Origin: Alphaproteobacteria bacterium
GTDB taxonomy: Bacteria; Pseudomonadota; Alphaproteobacteria; UBA828
Length of the DNA: 64,000 bases
Reading direction: 5' to 3'
Assembly: GCA_965220745.1 (NCBI GenBank)
Contig: CBDCQT010000013.1
Span: 128,001 to 192,000, forward strand
The translations under genes were made by a program, and so were the position numbers. A model generated the notes under the pieces. That model saw nothing but the letters and a program-made list of their open reading frames with translations, did no database searches and had not been told where the DNA came from. Positions 62,229-64,000 of the stretch are shown piece by piece. The stretch's first letter is position 1, and each line of letters opens with the position of its first letter.

Positions 62229-62818
62229 CGGGCACGGCGGGCAACGGCGCTGAGGCGTTCGTCTTCACGCCCGAAAACCGGGCCAAGGCGGACGCCGTGA
62301 TCGCCAAGTACCCGGCGGGCTGTCAGGCCAGCGCGGTGCTGCCGCTGCTCGACCTTGCGCAGCGTCAGAACGGCGGCTGGATCTCCCAGGCGGTGATGGA
62401 GCACGTCGCCGAGCTGCTGGATATGGCGTCGATCCGGGTCTACGAGGTCGCGACCTTCTACACGATGCTGAACCTGGAGCCGGTCGGCCGCCATCACGTC
62501 CAGCTTTGCCGGACGACGCCGTGCTGGCTGCGGGGCTCGGACGCGCTGCGAGATGCGTGCCGGGAGGAGCTCGGCATCGGCCTGGGCGGGACCACGGAGG
62601 ACGGCCTCTTCACGCTGACCGAGGTCGAGTGCCTCGGCGCCTGCGTCAACGCGCCGATGGTGCAGATCGACGATCATTTCTACGAGGACCTCGACCCGGC
62701 GCGCATGAAGGAGATCCTGCGTGCCTTCCGGGCCGGGAGCCCGCCCGAGACGGGCCCGCAAACCGGCCGCCAGACCTCGGCGCCCGCCTCGGGCCTGACC
62801 ACACTGACCGAGCTTTGA
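62225..62818 (+). CDS. nuoE: NADH-quinone oxidoreductase subunit E
   Basis: [22 protein letters not shown]. Confidence 0.95.
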   Translation: MTGTAGNGAEAFVFTPENRAKADAVIAKYPAGCQASAVLPLLDLAQRQNGGWISQAVMEHVAELLDMASIRVYEVATFYTMLNLEPVGRHHVQLCRTTPCWLRGSDALRDACREELGIGLGGTTEDGLFTLTEVECLGACVNAPMVQIDDHFYEDLDPARMKEILRAFRAGSPPETGPQTGRQTSAPASGLTTLTEL

Positions 62819-62820
62819 CC

Positions 62821-64000
62821 ATGCTCAGCGATTCCGACCGCATCTTCACCAACCTCTACGGCGCCCAGGACCCGGGCCTGGCCGGCGCCCGTGCGCGGGG
62901 CGACTGGGACGGCACGGCAGCGCTGATGGCCAAGGGCCACGACTGGATCATCGATCAGGTTAAGGAGTCAGGCCTGCGCGGGCGCGGCGGCGCCGGCTTC
63001 CCGACCGGACTGAAGTGGTCCTTCATGCCGAAGGAGGAGGCCCCCGGCCGGCCGCATTACCTCGTGGTCAATGCCGACGAGAGCGAGCCCGGCACCTGCA
63101 AGGACCGGGACATGATGCGGCACGACCCGCACAAGCTGATCGAGGGATGCCTGATCTCGGGCTTCGCCATGCGGGCGCACGCCGCCTACATCTACATTCG
63201 GGGCGAGTTCTACGACGAGGCGGTCGCGCTGCAGGCGGCGATCGACGAGGCCTATGACGCGGGCCTCATCGGCAAGAACCCGTGCGGCACCGACTGGCCT
63301 TTCGATGTCTACCTGCACCGGGGCGCCGGCGCCTACATTTGCGGCGAGGAGACCGGGCTGCTCGAGAGCCTGGAGGGCAAGCCAGGGCGGCCCCGCCTCA
63401 AGCCGCCCTTCCCGGCGGCGGTCGGGCTCTACGGCTGCCCGTCGACGGTGAACAACGTCGAGACTATCGCGGTCGTGCCCACCATCCTGCGCCGTGGCGC
63501 CGAGTGGTTCGCCGGCCTGGGCCGGCCCAAGAACACCGGCACCAAGGTCTTCTGCATCTCCGGCCACGTGAATCAGCCGTGCAACGTGGAAGAGGAGATG
63601 GGCATCCCCATGCGCGAGCTCATCGAAAAGCACGCGGGCGGGGTGCGCGGCGGCTGGGACAACCTGCAGGCGGTGATTCCCGGTGGTGCCTCGGTGCCGC
63701 TGCTGCCGAAGTCGATCTGCGACGACGTGCTGATGGACTTCGATTCTCTGATGGCGGAGAAATCCGGGCTCGGCACGGCGGCGGTGATCGTGATGGACAA
63801 GTCCGCCGACGTGGTCGAGGCCATCGCCCGGCTCTCCCACTTCTACATGCACGAGAGCTGCGGCCAGTGCACGCCCTGCCGCGAGGGCACCGGCTGGGTC
63901 TACCGCGTGATGCTGAGGCTCATCAGGGGCGAGGCGTCGGTCGAAGAGATCGACATGCTGTGGGACGTGGTGGGACAGATCGAGGGCCACACCATCTGCG
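62821..64000 (+). CDS. nuoF: NADH-quinone oxidoreductase subunit F (runs off window)
   Basis: Manual translation: [60 protein letters not shown]. Confidence 0.96.
   Translation, partial: MLSDSDRIFTNLYGAQDPGLAGARARGDWDGTAALMAKGHDWIIDQVKESGLRGRGGAGFPTGLKWSFMPKEEAPGRPHYLVVNADESEPGTCKDRDMMRHDPHKLIEGCLISGFAMRAHAAYIYIRGEFYDEAVALQAAIDEAYDAGLIGKNPCGTDWPFDVYLHRGAGAYICGEETGLLESLEGKPGRPRLKPPFPAAVGLYGCPSTVNNVETIAVVPTILRRGAEWFAGLGRPKNTGTKVFCISGHVNQPCNVEEEMGIPMRELIEKHAGGVRGGWDNLQAVIPGGASVPLLPKSICDDVLMDFDSLMAEKSGLGTAAVIVMDKSADVVEAIARLSHFYMHESCGQCTPCREGTGWVYRVMLRLIRGEASVEEIDMLWDVVGQIEGHTIC

Overview
GC-rich alphaproteobacterial (Rhodospirillales-like, by gene order and inference) chromosomal window. Core genes: gpmI (partial), serS-surE-nlpD, DUF1285/NudL/CCA-adding enzyme, a complete suf operon, HU, four tRNAs (Met, Pro, Val, Asp) and nuoA-F (nuoF partial). 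Many catabolic genes are interspersed: flavin monooxygenases, three hydantoinase/oxoprolinase subunits, a carbamoylase, acoABC with a sugar-type ABC transporter, and acetoacetyl-CoA ligase. The best finding is a complete IS110/IS1111-type element (31831-33334) inserted in a REP-like repeat. Its downstream non-coding end shows a bridge/seek-RNA layout: a 25-bp closing stem and four guide segments matching its own target site and its donor junction around a duplicated CT core. Also notable: an uncharacterised 'ANRRNA..STGP' protein whose 3' DNA motif recurs, non-coding, beside an IHF site and tRNA-Pro; a decaying island at tRNA-Met with ~80-bp IHF-containing direct repeats around a fused kinase-response regulator; a frameshifted orphan antitoxin; and an MNT-HEPN toxin-antitoxin pair. 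No CRISPR or rRNA seen. All calls come from reading motifs by eye; no database search was run.
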